Assembly (NCBI GenBank): GCA_052386435.1
Contig: JBQTKE010000549.1
Span: 1 to 40,263, forward strand
Reading direction: 5' to 3'
Length of the DNA stretch: 40,263 nt
From: Myxococcaceae bacterium
Lineage (GTDB): Bacteria; Myxococcota; Myxococcia; Myxococcales; Myxococcaceae
Shown here: piece after piece, positions 9,701 through 18,308 of the stretch
How positions within the stretch are numbered: the first letter of the stretch is position 1
Layout: the number at the start of each line of letters is the position of its first letter
Translations under genes and position numbers: made by a program
The notes under the pieces: generated by a model
What the model saw: only the letters and a program-made list of their open reading frames with translations
Told to the model about the DNA's origin: nothing
Database searches by the model: none

Positions 9701-12700
9701 TGAAGCTGGTGCAGATGTTGGAATCGCGCGCGTCGATGGAGCCGGTCGCGCAGGAACGCGCGGCGCTGCTCTGTAAGGTCGCGCGCATCTACGCCGGACC
9801 CATGGGCAACGCGGAGATGGCCTTCCTCTTCGCGACGCGTGCCCTGCGTGAGCTGCCGGACGACGAGCAGTCCCTCGCGCTCTGCGTGGAGTACGTGGAA
9901 CAGGCCGGAGCGAAGGAAGAGCTGGCCGGGCTGCTCACCGAGGTCGCCACCAAGGCAGCGGACGATGCGGCGCGCACGAACCTGTACCGGGCGCTGGCGC
10001 GTCTCGAAGTTGAAGAAGGCGATGCTGACGCCGCGGTGGAAGGTTGGCGCAGAGTCTTGGAGCTGGCCCCGTCGGATCCGGAAGCGCTGGATGCCGTGGG
10101 TAAGCTCTTCGCGCAGACGGGCCGGGCGCCGGAGTTGCTCGAGGTGTTGCGCCGTCAGCTGTCGATGACCGAAGACACCAACCGCCGCGCCGCGCTCCTC
10201 TTCCAGATTGGCTCGCTGCAGGACGAGCACATGCAGGACGCGCTCGGCGCGCTGGCGACGTTCCGCAGGCTCTTGGAGCTAAAGCCAGAAGACTCCGCCG
10301 CGTTGGAGCGGATGGAGCAGCTCTGCTTCAAGCAGGAGCGCTGGCCGGAGTTGGCGGACGTGTTGGCGCGCAGAGTGGCCCTGCTCGGCGCGGAAGAGGG
10401 GATTGAGCACAAGTACCGCCTGGGGACGCTGCGCGAGTCGAAGCTGATGGACAAGTTCGGTGCGCTCGACCTGTACACGCAGGTCTTGGCAGTGCGGCCG
10501 AACCACGCCAACACGCTGGCGCGAATGGAGGCGATGGTCGCCCGCGAGCCCAGCAACCAGACCGCGGTTGACGTGTTGTTACAGGCGTACCGAGAGATCG
10601 ACGAGGTGGTGAAGCTGGCCGCGCTGATTGAGGCGCGCATCAACGTCTCGCCGGACAGCCTGGAGCGAAAGAACCTGCTGCTGGAGCTGGCGACGATCCG
10701 GCAGGGGCAGGAAGAGCCCGAGCTCGCCTATCTCGCTCTCTATCGCGCCTTCAAGGAGGACCCGAACGACGGCGAGCTGCGCAAACGCTTGGAGTCCGCG
10801 GCCGACGCGGCGAAGACGTTCGACGAGTTGGCCTCCGCGTACGAAGAGGAGCTGCCGCGCATCGCCGAAGCCGCGGACGCGGCGCAGATCTGTCTGAAGC
10901 TCGGCGTGATCTTGGATCAGCGACTGCGTGAGGCTCAGCGCGCGGTGGTCTTCTACGAGAAGGCGCGTCAGTTGGATCCTTCGGTCTGGGACAAGGCGCT
11001 CCCCGCGTTGGATCGCCTCTACAACCAGCTCAACAAACCGGTGGAGTGCGCGAGCGTGTTGGAGGCATTGGCGGAACACACCGAAGACACGCAAGAGAAG
11101 GTGGGGTTGCTCTTCCGGTTGGGTCAGCTCTCTCAGGAGATGCTCGAGGACGATGATCGCGCCGCCACCGTCTACGAGCAGATCCTCGAGGTCGACCCCA
11201 AGCATCTCGCGTCCGCGCGATTGCTGGAGGCGCTCTACGAGACCGCGCAGAAGAACGACAAGCTCTACGCGATTCTGAAGTTGGAGCGGGATCTCGTCGC
11301 CGGTCCGGAGCGCGAACGGATTCTGTCGCGCATGGCCCAAGTTTCGGCTGAGGGGCTCTCTGACGTCGGTCACTCCATCGAGCTCTACCGGGAGCTGCTC
11401 CAGAAGAACCCGCGCAACGAGCAGGCCTTCGCCGCCCTCGAACAGTTGTTGGAACGCGGTAAGCGCTACGAAGAGCTCAAGGAGCTGCTCGAATCCAAGC
11501 TCTCGGCCACCGTCGATCCGCGAGAGTTGGTACGGCTCTCCGACCGACTCGGTCGCGTCCTCTACCGAATGCTCAACCGGCCCGAAGAGGCGGTGCCGTA
11601 TTTCAAGGCCGCGCTCGAACGCGACGCTCGTCACCGTGGCGCGCTGGAGGCGATGCGCGACATCTACGAGGAGCTGAACAAACGCGACGAGCTGGTGACT
11701 GTGCTCCGCCGCTTGGTTCCGCTGCAGGACGGCGCGGAGGGCGTGAAGGGCATTCGCATTCGCCTCGCTGAAGTCCTGGCGGCGATGAACCGGCGCGAAG
11801 AGGCGCTGGACGCCGCGAGACGCGCGTTGGAAGTCGAGCCGCACCACCCACCCGAGCTCAACCGGGTGCACGACATCTTCCTCGCGCTCAAGGCGTTCGG
11901 AGATGCGGTGCGCGCGTTGGAGCTGCGCTCCGAGCTGGAGCTGGCGGGCGGCGACCGCGATCAAGCGGTGGCGTCGCTCTTCCAAATTGAGGAGCTGTGG
12001 TCTGGACCCGCGGGCAAACCGGAGAGCGCGGGCCCCGCGTTGGAGAAGATCCTCGAGTTGGATCCCGCCAACCGCACCGCTTACGAGCACGCGACCAAGC
12101 TCTACGGCAAGCACAACGACTGGCGCTCCTACGCGCAAGTTCAGGATCGCTACTTGCCGCACCTGGTGACCGAAGACGAGAAGGTCGCGAAGATGCGCGA
12201 GCTGGCGCGCATTCAGGAGCAGAAGCTCGGTCAGAAGGACGTGGCGTTCCTGGTGATGTGCCGCGCGCTGCAGCTGGACGCGGCGGACGACACGCTTCGC
12301 GAGGAAGTAGAGCGGCTGGCTGAAGAGACCGGTTCCTACGAAGAGCTCGCGGCGGTTTACGAAGAGGTCGCGGATGCGCTTCCCCGTGGTCCGTTGGCGG
12401 AGAAGCTGTACCTCACGCTGGCGCGGGTGCACGACGAGCGACTCGACGACTCCACCGCCTCGGAAGGCGCGCTGCGAAAGATCCTCGAGTTCGATCCCAC
12501 CAATGCGGTCGCTCTCGATGCGTTGGCCGGGATGTTCAGTCGGCGTGGGCGCGAGAAGGAATACATCGTCGCGCTGGAGCAAAAGTTGGAGGCGGCGGGA
12601 TCGATCGAAGAGCGCAAGCGAATCCTGCGCGAGATCGCCCGGGTGTGCGCCGAGCGGTTGGAAGATCCGTTCGAGTCGGCGCAGGCGCTCTTACGATCAC

Positions 12701-15700
12701 TCGAGCTCGAACCCGACATCGAGACGCTGCAGATCCTCACCCAGCTCTACCGGCGTCAGAAGCAGTGGTCGGATGTCGCCAACACGCTCTTGCGCGCACG
12801 CGATCTCGCGGCCACGCCGGAAGAACGGGCGAAGCTCCAAGTCGAAGTGTCTTCCGTCTACGAGCGGGAGATGGGTGACGACGAGGGCGCGATGGAGGGT
12901 TACCGCGTCTCGCTCGAGTTCGATCCCGGGAGCAGGGAAGCGCTGGATTCGTTGGAGCGGCTCTACACCAAGCTGGATCGTCCCGCGGATCTGCTCGCGG
13001 TCTACGAGCGGCAGCTGGAGCTGACCAATGACTACCGAGAACGGGTCAAGGTGCTCTTCAAGAGCGCGTCGATCTGGGAGGACAAGTACCAGAACCTCGC
13101 CCACGCGGACGCGTGCATTGAAGGCGTGCTCGCGGTGGATCCGCAGAACCTCCAGGCGATTCGAGCGCTGGAGCGATTGCGGCGCGCGCAAGGACGTTGG
13201 GAAGAGCTGATTGGTGTTTTGGAGCGGCACGTCGCGCTCTGCCGGTCGTTGGAAGAGCAGGCGGAGATCTGGGTGGAGATGGGCGACGTCTTCCACCAGC
13301 AGCTCAAGCACGTGGACCGCGCGGTCAACACGTACCACCACGCGCTGGAGCTCAACCCGCGCAGTCGCCCGGCGATGCACGCGCTCGGCACGCTGTACGA
13401 GCGCAGCGGCAACTGGCCGCACGCGTTGGACATGTTGGATCAGGAAGCGCAGGTGGCGGGCAACACCGCGGAAGCGGTCGAGCTGTACCACCGCATGGGC
13501 AAGATCAACGAAGACATGCTCATGGATCCGTCGAGCGCGAAGGCTTGCTACCTGCAGGCGCTGCGAATCGATCCCGCGTACCTGCCTTGTATCCGCGCGC
13601 TCAAGGGCATTCACGAGCAGGAGAAGGACTGGGACGCCTACGAGAAGGCGCTGATCCAGGAAGCGCAGGAGACAGAAGATCCGGAGGCGAAGAGCCGCGC
13701 GCTGCTCGAGGTCGCGAAGTACTTTGTTGAGAAGAAAGAGGACCAGGAGTCCGCGCAGCACTGGTACGAAGAAGCGCACCGGCTGTCTCCCGAATCAGAG
13801 GACGTGGCCCGGCCTCTCGCAGACATCTACATCACCAAGGAGAGCTGGACCGGCGGCGAGAAGATGCTCGACATCGTCGTGGCGCGGATGGGCGAGCGCG
13901 CGGCGAATGATCCCGAGCTGTCGCGTGAGCTGTGCCGCCAGAGCTACCGACTCGGTTACGTCTGCGAGAAGCTCGCGAACAAGCCGAAGGCGCTGCAGGC
14001 CTACGAGCGCGCGTACCAGCTGGACGCCACGTATCTCCCCGCGCTGGAGGGTTTGGGCAATCTGCTCGTTCAGGCGAAGCGCTACGAAGAGGCGCTGAAG
14101 GTCTACCAGACCATCCTCATTCACCACCGTGACGACCTGACGGATCTCGAAGTGGTGGAGATCTACTGGCAGCTGGGCGACGTGCACAACGCGCTCAAGC
14201 AGTTCGACCGCGCGCAGAATCACTTCGAGAAAGCGCTGGCGATCGATCCCAGCCACGAGCCTTCGCTGCGCGCGTTGGTCGGTCTGGCGGACGCGTCGAG
14301 CAAGTGGGACAAGGCGGCGGAGTACCGGCAGAAGTTGGTCGAGGTGCTCGACGGAGACTCCAAGCTGGGGATCTACATCGAGCTCGGCATGTTGGCGCGC
14401 GAGAAGCTCAAAGACGCGCACATGGCGATCGACGCGTACGTTGGTGCGCACAAGCTGACGCCCGAGCATCTCGACGTGATGGACGCGCTCTACGTGTTGT
14501 ATCGGGAGACGCGGCAGGGACAGAAGGCGGCGGACGTTCTCGAGAGGATGCTCAAGCAGCCGACGCTGCAGAAGCAGCCGCTCAAGGCCAAGCGCGTCTA
14601 CTTCGCGTTGGGAGAGATCGCGCGCGATGAGCTGAAAGATGCCGACCGCGCGGTGGCGGCGTTCAACGCGGCGTTGGACATTGATCACCGTTTCATCGAA
14701 GCGTTCAGCGCGATGGAGGCGCTGCTGGGCAGGTCCAAGCAGTGGAAGCTCTTGGAAGAGAACTACGCGCGGATGATCCAGCGCCTGCCCAAGACGGAAG
14801 AGACGCACGCCGCGCGCATGACGCTGTGGCGAGCTTTGGGCGATCTGTATTTGAAGGTTCTCAAGAACAACGACGGCGCGCTGATGGCGTATCAAGTTGT
14901 CGCCGCGGGCGTGCCGGAGGATGCGGCGGTGCAAGAGGCCTACGCAGAGCTGGCCGCGCAGAAGCCGGGGAGCGAAGAGAAGGCGGTGGAGGCGTATCGC
15001 AGGGCCCTTCCCACCACGAACAATCCGGGCAAGGTGGTCTCCGCGTTGGCGGAGCTCGCGGCGAAGCGGAAAGATTACGACTCCGCATATCTCGCCGCAC
15101 AGGTCTCAGCGGGCTTGATCGGCGAGTCCGGTCCGGGCGAGCGGGAGATTCTCACCAAGCTCACGCCCTACGCGAAGAAGAAGGAAGTCGCGCAGCGCGC
15201 GCTCACGGATCGCCTCTGGCAGTCGCACTTGTTCCATCCCAAGGTGCGCGGCGCGATCGGCGAGCTGATGGCGATCCTCTACGAGCAGGCCGGCGCGCTC
15301 TACGCGGTGCCGCTGGCGAACTACAACATCAACCCGAAGAAGCACCGCATCGACGTGGGCTCCGCGCAGGAGTATCAGATCCACCATTACCGCTACGTCG
15401 CGCGGCTCTTAGGCATGGAGACGGTGGAGCTCTTCTCGCCGTTCCTCGTCGCCACGCGCGAACGGATGACGAAGAAGTCGAACGAGCCCGCGCCGGAGCC
15501 GCAGTTGGGTGTCGACATCTGCCACACGCAACCCGTCTGCTTGAAGGTCGGCGGAAAGTTCTTCAGCGAGTCGGGGCAGAAGGAAGTTTATTACCTGCTC
15601 GGGCGGACCATGGCGCTGCTGCGGCCGGAGCTCGCGTTGAGTCAGCGGCTGTCAGCGGAGCGGCTTGAAGCCGTGTTCCAGGCGGCGATCAGCATGTCCG

Positions 15701-16068
15701 TCCCGAACTTCCGCTTCACCGCGGATCCGACTGCTCGAAACAACGAGCGACGCGCGCTGGAGAAGGCGCTGCCGGAACCCGCGAGGGCGGCGTTGGCCCG
15801 CGTCACTCAGGAGTACGTGCGGACGGCCACGCCGAATGATCTGCGCGCGTATCTAGAGGGCGCTGAGCTCACGGCCGTCCGAGCGGGCCTCTTCGTGGCT
15901 GGCGAGGTAGAGCCGGTGAAGAAGATGGTGATGGGCGAATCTGGGGCGACCTTCCGAGTCCCCTCGCGCTCCAAGATCCGGGATCTCATGGTTTTTGCGC
16001 TGTCAGAAGACCTCCATGCGCTGCGCGCCGCCGTAGGCACACAAGTGGAGGTGCAGGTGCGACGTTAG
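3781..16068 (+). CDS. gltI: Giant (4095 aa) cytoplasmic TPR-repeat scaffold, GltI/AgmK-like
   Basis: Single uninterrupted 12.3-kb ORF. Almost the whole length is TPR-like helical hairpins with the recurring signature A-x3-Y-x3-L-x2-(D/N)P-x3-AL-x2-L-x2-LY. There is no signal peptide or TM helix. It lies immediately upstream of the gltJ-like gene, as agmK does in M. xanthus. Confidence 0.8.
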   Translation: MDNRQLKSAPAIAGRGPDRGADDRPFAEVEAALEKSGRVEDLIRLYENRSRDVTAAEASVLLTRAAELASARLKNLARAETLLRRSLLFDPDGRDALSALAELFEQRQEPAALADSYERIAATYTGKEAAEYLLKAAELYEQKLGKRDRAILSLQLATRANPIDRAPFKRIREIFLAEGRFLSAFESLERERASLGGAGMAEAYAGLAEKLIEEPAEHGLALKALHVAQTLDAKLDAVERITKEIQKFEHGWRDRVRTLKAQSLEERDRKVAARLSLHVAKLLSFYEGSAAAKVKEALDRCFLLWPAMPGALQLLEQLAENSQTYAATVAQMERMAADSRDRVVQADLLTRAGVLRLTRMDDRPGALKAFQQATQADPSRSAAAELCAELHLEAGERAEAVAVFEKYLATVKDRTAQVVMHLRLADLCVRAGDNAAAVRGHLEAALKIEPANAQAAFRLAKLFAGDEDLLALESVLDLALCAGSPVSERVALCESSALLYDEAGRHRDAFAARARALNLDPGRPGLLRSVVETAHKAGAQPELAEALRRTAGGAPGITGLPLWRNLAQVLQSSLNQPDEAGNAWREVLRRAPDDAEAKNALLGLTQPKQAADPAEVLAQEERAAEIPTADPSASVAILRRILAKHPDDADTWKRLAQAHTSLSQWEEVARAAEQLAMLVKAPAERQEWKSKLAHLYAERLSRKDEAAELYLELLREGLFDGSVVGGLERLAAQGIRRLEISKAVAPHYAQTGDHQRQVASLLVQLSTSQDRAEQKKLLQLLASTHEEQLADSRGAFDFYLRGLALEPEDEHFHAEAVRLADELSTRAELARFLVDLGTKQQDKQGLGRRLMLAGAQIAEAGGAVDEAGAALQTALTQLPDNSEILAQLVQLYACAGRYSECDQVLRRQILLAEGNEKAKLYVKLAEISGELGRPREGAQALQEAINAGGNEAELLPRMCQLLEQGGRMGELSTALGRQVELAEQAGDKERASRLSLKRAQILEASLGDRAAAVQNYSDILSKNPSDPDALAALEHLLADEENREEAARALVPAYEAAKEHRKLVAALDVIADAAEDSLEKVLALKQAAYVHLHQLRQPELAFASLARALRLAPADLSVRNAARQAAEDADALDSYAEVVAELLFQGDLGNVKAALHRELAEVYEKKLDNKREAIGQLNAVLELEPKQPEPLRSLARLYRASEDWASLAATLERLAELIPDPSEKISLLREAGVLHEQRLNDKESAAGSWRQISEWDPLDREAAASLERLYVDLERPNELAFALELRRAQEGQSPQGREFSFKLAQLRKQYGDSPNALQLFRQILAEDPSHANARNELEQWAMSADEESAAALEILDPTLAQSGDHDRRVALRQARMDSALPQEKARLAAEIRSIYERDLNQPDLAFMSALRAFAAGVDREAIRPELERLARLTDSFEDLVDIYEAAISESDPQDEALPGLLRRAAELREQLAQPEEAIKLWQHLLSLTPQDRQALDALSRLFEKSQNAKSLSEVYAKKAQLAQAPAERLDLLIKAGGAYELAGDESAAIDALRQALAIRVNKKGLEALDRLFGKAHRYSEQADILDQLAALAEDVPARRTYVGRRAQLLEKEGNAGGAITAYSQTLEFSPGDNTAIAGLERLLQNEQVRQEAARLLEPFYRSVNDIKKLVEVLDLRLQAAAQGKRMELINEVATLREALGQKALAFSARMRAFVENPESEDARGELERLAADTGSFEELAAAFEDQLEKGVSAALTLELWKRLAILYGERLTRPDLAARAWEEVSQRETANPQVLEALARLHRKTSNFKELAQVMRRQVTLEQSVPQQITLLFELAHLAEETLADKALAAECYQQILERKPDDPNAIKFLSRVLAESERYAELATLLGKEIQLSDQRKAHEEAYEQMVRLGRLRLTRLGDPRGALDLFNEVLNRRPAHPGAVGALEEMARSESPLRGEAASALEPIFTTGGDHLKLVQMLESRASMEPVAQERAALLCKVARIYAGPMGNAEMAFLFATRALRELPDDEQSLALCVEYVEQAGAKEELAGLLTEVATKAADDAARTNLYRALARLEVEEGDADAAVEGWRRVLELAPSDPEALDAVGKLFAQTGRAPELLEVLRRQLSMTEDTNRRAALLFQIGSLQDEHMQDALGALATFRRLLELKPEDSAALERMEQLCFKQERWPELADVLARRVALLGAEEGIEHKYRLGTLRESKLMDKFGALDLYTQVLAVRPNHANTLARMEAMVAREPSNQTAVDVLLQAYREIDEVVKLAALIEARINVSPDSLERKNLLLELATIRQGQEEPELAYLALYRAFKEDPNDGELRKRLESAADAAKTFDELASAYEEELPRIAEAADAAQICLKLGVILDQRLREAQRAVVFYEKARQLDPSVWDKALPALDRLYNQLNKPVECASVLEALAEHTEDTQEKVGLLFRLGQLSQEMLEDDDRAATVYEQILEVDPKHLASARLLEALYETAQKNDKLYAILKLERDLVAGPERERILSRMAQVSAEGLSDVGHSIELYRELLQKNPRNEQAFAALEQLLERGKRYEELKELLESKLSATVDPRELVRLSDRLGRVLYRMLNRPEEAVPYFKAALERDARHRGALEAMRDIYEELNKRDELVTVLRRLVPLQDGAEGVKGIRIRLAEVLAAMNRREEALDAARRALEVEPHHPPELNRVHDIFLALKAFGDAVRALELRSELELAGGDRDQAVASLFQIEELWSGPAGKPESAGPALEKILELDPANRTAYEHATKLYGKHNDWRSYAQVQDRYLPHLVTEDEKVAKMRELARIQEQKLGQKDVAFLVMCRALQLDAADDTLREEVERLAEETGSYEELAAVYEEVADALPRGPLAEKLYLTLARVHDERLDDSTASEGALRKILEFDPTNAVALDALAGMFSRRGREKEYIVALEQKLEAAGSIEERKRILREIARVCAERLEDPFESAQALLRSLELEPDIETLQILTQLYRRQKQWSDVANTLLRARDLAATPEERAKLQVEVSSVYEREMGDDEGAMEGYRVSLEFDPGSREALDSLERLYTKLDRPADLLAVYERQLELTNDYRERVKVLFKSASIWEDKYQNLAHADACIEGVLAVDPQNLQAIRALERLRRAQGRWEELIGVLERHVALCRSLEEQAEIWVEMGDVFHQQLKHVDRAVNTYHHALELNPRSRPAMHALGTLYERSGNWPHALDMLDQEAQVAGNTAEAVELYHRMGKINEDMLMDPSSAKACYLQALRIDPAYLPCIRALKGIHEQEKDWDAYEKALIQEAQETEDPEAKSRALLEVAKYFVEKKEDQESAQHWYEEAHRLSPESEDVARPLADIYITKESWTGGEKMLDIVVARMGERAANDPELSRELCRQSYRLGYVCEKLANKPKALQAYERAYQLDATYLPALEGLGNLLVQAKRYEEALKVYQTILIHHRDDLTDLEVVEIYWQLGDVHNALKQFDRAQNHFEKALAIDPSHEPSLRALVGLADASSKWDKAAEYRQKLVEVLDGDSKLGIYIELGMLAREKLKDAHMAIDAYVGAHKLTPEHLDVMDALYVLYRETRQGQKAADVLERMLKQPTLQKQPLKAKRVYFALGEIARDELKDADRAVAAFNAALDIDHRFIEAFSAMEALLGRSKQWKLLEENYARMIQRLPKTEETHAARMTLWRALGDLYLKVLKNNDGALMAYQVVAAGVPEDAAVQEAYAELAAQKPGSEEKAVEAYRRALPTTNNPGKVVSALAELAAKRKDYDSAYLAAQVSAGLIGESGPGEREILTKLTPYAKKKEVAQRALTDRLWQSHLFHPKVRGAIGELMAILYEQAGALYAVPLANYNINPKKHRIDVGSAQEYQIHHYRYVARLLGMETVELFSPFLVATRERMTKKSNEPAPEPQLGVDICHTQPVCLKVGGKFFSESGQKEVYYLLGRTMALLRPELALSQRLSAERLEAVFQAAISMSVPNFRFTADPTARNNERRALEKALPEPARAALARVTQEYVRTATPNDLRAYLEGAELTAVRAGLFVAGEVEPVKKMVMGESGATFRVPSRSKIRDLMVFALSEDLHALRAAVGTQVEVQVRR

Positions 16069-16142
16069 AGCGCGGGAACGGGGGAGCGTCGCGGATCGTC
16101 CCAACAGGGCCTGAATTCCAAGGCTTCTCGAGGGCAGTACGC

Positions 16143-16171
16143 TTGACCCCCCCTAGCTCCACCTCTACGAT
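16143..16171 (+). promoter_or_regulatory. Candidate sigma-70-type promoter for gltJ
   Basis: TTGACC (16143-16148), a 17-nt spacer, then TACGAT (16166-16171). It lies ~44 nt upstream of the gltJ ATG at 16215, in the 146-nt gltI-gltJ gap. This is a sequence match only. Confidence 0.3.
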
Positions 16172-16214
16172 TTCACGAATTTCTTCCGGGCCTTCCGAGC
16201 GCTCAAGGACGTCG

Positions 16215-18308
16215 ATGAGATTCGTCTGTGACAGTTGTCGCGCGCAGTACATGATCAGCGACGAAAAGGTCGGCGCGAAGGGCGTCAAAGTCCGCTGCAA
16301 AAAGTGCGGCTACGTGATCCTGGTCCGCAAAGCGGAAGCCGCTCCACCGCCACCTCCCGCTGACTTCAACGATTCCACGCAGATCATGTCCAACCCCTTG
16401 GCTAACCAAGGAGGCGCGTCGTTCGATTCGGAGCAGACCCAGTTGGGCACTCCAGTGCGCGACAGCTCAACCACGCAGGCGTTGGGCGGCGGCGACAGTG
16501 GCGGTGGCAGCAAGGGTGTCCTCGCGAGCGTAGAGGACGACGAGATTGGCGCGGTGTTCGATCAGGTCCTGCGCACCGGCCCCAACCCGATTCCGCAGCA
16601 GGATTCTTCCTCCGACACGGCGCTGGGCGATGAAGACGACGACCGCCTGAGCACGCGCGTGCTGGATCAGGAGACGGTGAAGAAGCTGGCCGAAGAGTCC
16701 GGCATGGCTGTCTTCGGCGCGTCGCCGTCCGGTGAGAAGAACGGGAAGAAGTGCGAGAAAGTCGCGCAGGACTGGTTCGTCGCGATCGACGAGAAGCAGA
16801 CGGGGCCTTTGACGGTCGAGAAGCTGAAGGATCTCTGGGACCGCGGCGAGATTGGTCCGGATTCACTCTGCTGGCGCGCAGGGTTCTCAGACTGGATGCC
16901 GTTGTCGGAAGTGGCGGAGCTGGCCTCTGAGCTCGCGCCCAAACCCGCGAAGCCTGTCCTGGCCGGCCCGGCGCCTTCTGCCGCGGTAGTCACGGTTCCA
17001 GTCGAGTCCGCGTTCACCGCGGGTGGCGTGACGAAGACAGTGCGCTCCGAGATGTCGATGCTGGCCAGCGCGCCGGTGGAAGAGACGGGCGGGTGGAAGC
17101 CATCCGCGGCCAGTGCGCTCGCGTCGTTGGTGAAGGAAGAGATCGACGCGATGGCCAAGCCGTCCGCCCCTGCGCCCAGTCTCTCGCCTTCGCGGGGCAG
17201 TGGGTTGCTGGATCTTCCTGACACTGGCAGCACCTCGATTCCGAACGGAAAGCCCGGTACGGACGTCGCCATGCGCAACAGCGCCGGTGGGCTGCAGCAG
17301 CCGCCGTCGTCGATGGTGGATCCGTACAACAACGCGCCCAGCCCTTACGCCGCGCCTTATGGTCAGTACGCGCCGCCGTCTCCTCCGCAGGGACTGTCGA
17401 AGGGACTCACGATTGGGTTGATCGTCGCGGGCGTCGCCGTACTCGCTCTGGTCGGCGTCGTTCTCTTCCTGGTGATTGGACGAAGCGCCTCCAACAGCGA
17501 GGGGCGGCAGCAGGCCGCGGTGACGCCTCCAGGAGCGTTGGCCGTGAAGACGCCCGCGGCCGCTGCTCCGGCTGCTGAACCCGTGAAGAAGTTGGACATG
17601 CCCCCTCCGCCCACCGCGTCGAATGCGCAGCCTCTTCCTCCCAACCCCAAGGCGGAACCTCCCGCCGCCGCCTCACTTCCGCCCAGCGCCACGTCTCGTG
17701 CTGACCTGAGGGAAGCGCGTGCGGAACGTGCCGCGGAACGAGCGATTGAGAAGGCCGAGCGCCCGCGTGAGACGCGCGTCGCTAAGGCAGATCGAGGCTC
17801 GCGGGGAGATGACGAGGGCGAGAGCTTCGGCGGCAAGGAGCCGGAGGAGAAGACTTCCAAGAAGAAGCCGGTGGCCGAGCCGAGCGGTGACGACGACGAA
17901 TTCAACAGCATGTTCGGTGGTGGCGGCGGTTCGAAGAAGAAGGACACCTCGTCGTCAGACGAGCCCAAGTCCCCGAAGAAGGGTGGCTACATCCCGCCCG
18001 CGCCAGGTAGTGGAGCAGGGGAAGTCGAGAGCCTCAGCTCGTCGGACATCATGACCGTGGTCGTGCAGAACAAGCCCGCGATCATGAAGTGCGTCGCCGA
18101 GCAGAAGAACAAAGACCCCGACATGACCGGAACGCTCGTCATGCGCTGGCAGGTTCAGCCCAGCGGCAGAACGTCGAACGTCAGCGTGCAGAGTGACGAG
18201 TTCAAGAGCACGTACATGGCGTCGTGCATCGGCGGGTTGATCAAGAGTTGGTCGTTCCCGCGCCATAAAGTCGCGGGCGATCCGATCAACTTCCCGTTCA
18301 AATTTTAG
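16215..18308 (+). CDS. gltJ: GltJ/AgmX-like protein: N-terminal zinc ribbon, GYF-like domain, Pro-rich linker, one TM helix, charged linker, TonB-C-like (AgmX/PglI) C-terminal domain
   Basis: ATG at 16215 preceded by aaggac. Zinc ribbon: MRFVCDSCRAQYMISDEKVGAKGVKVRCKKCGYVILV (CxxC...CxxC). GYF-like: WFVAIDEKQTGPLTVEKLKDLWDRGEIGPDSLCWRAGFSDWMPLSEV. TM helix: LTIGLIVAGVAVLALVGVVLFLVI. C-terminus: IMKCVAEQ...CIGGLIKSWSFPRHK...INFPFKF, resembling the gltG C-terminus. Confidence 0.8.
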   Translation: MRFVCDSCRAQYMISDEKVGAKGVKVRCKKCGYVILVRKAEAAPPPPPADFNDSTQIMSNPLANQGGASFDSEQTQLGTPVRDSSTTQALGGGDSGGGSKGVLASVEDDEIGAVFDQVLRTGPNPIPQQDSSSDTALGDEDDDRLSTRVLDQETVKKLAEESGMAVFGASPSGEKNGKKCEKVAQDWFVAIDEKQTGPLTVEKLKDLWDRGEIGPDSLCWRAGFSDWMPLSEVAELASELAPKPAKPVLAGPAPSAAVVTVPVESAFTAGGVTKTVRSEMSMLASAPVEETGGWKPSAASALASLVKEEIDAMAKPSAPAPSLSPSRGSGLLDLPDTGSTSIPNGKPGTDVAMRNSAGGLQQPPSSMVDPYNNAPSPYAAPYGQYAPPSPPQGLSKGLTIGLIVAGVAVLALVGVVLFLVIGRSASNSEGRQQAAVTPPGALAVKTPAAAAPAAEPVKKLDMPPPPTASNAQPLPPNPKAEPPAAASLPPSATSRADLREARAERAAERAIEKAERPRETRVAKADRGSRGDDEGESFGGKEPEEKTSKKKPVAEPSGDDDEFNSMFGGGGGSKKKDTSSSDEPKSPKKGGYIPPAPGSGAGEVESLSSSDIMTVVVQNKPAIMKCVAEQKNKDPDMTGTLVMRWQVQPSGRTSNVSVQSDEFKSTYMASCIGGLIKSWSFPRHKVAGDPINFPFKF

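Noticed and set aside
4078-14934. Many long ORFs antisense to or out of frame with gltI: 5543-6253, 8515-10230 (571 aa), 10579-12582 (667 aa), 12697-13779, 13795-14934, and plus-frame ORFs such as 7559-8242.
   Set aside because: These are typical shadow ORFs of GC-rich DNA. Their translations are Arg/Leu/Gln/Pro-rich low complexity without motifs, and they are fully contained in a 12.3-kb ORF with coherent TPR periodicity.
16143-16214. TTG start at 16143 for gltJ. The same applies to the GTG at 24331 for the peptidase and the upstream starts of ffh (28834), pstB (39972), the MORN gene (19596), P1 (20721) and the lipoprotein (21790).
   Set aside because: Downstream ATGs give canonical N-termini: a zinc ribbon starting at Met, signal peptides or a lipobox, or conserved family starts. 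In several cases an RBS is present.
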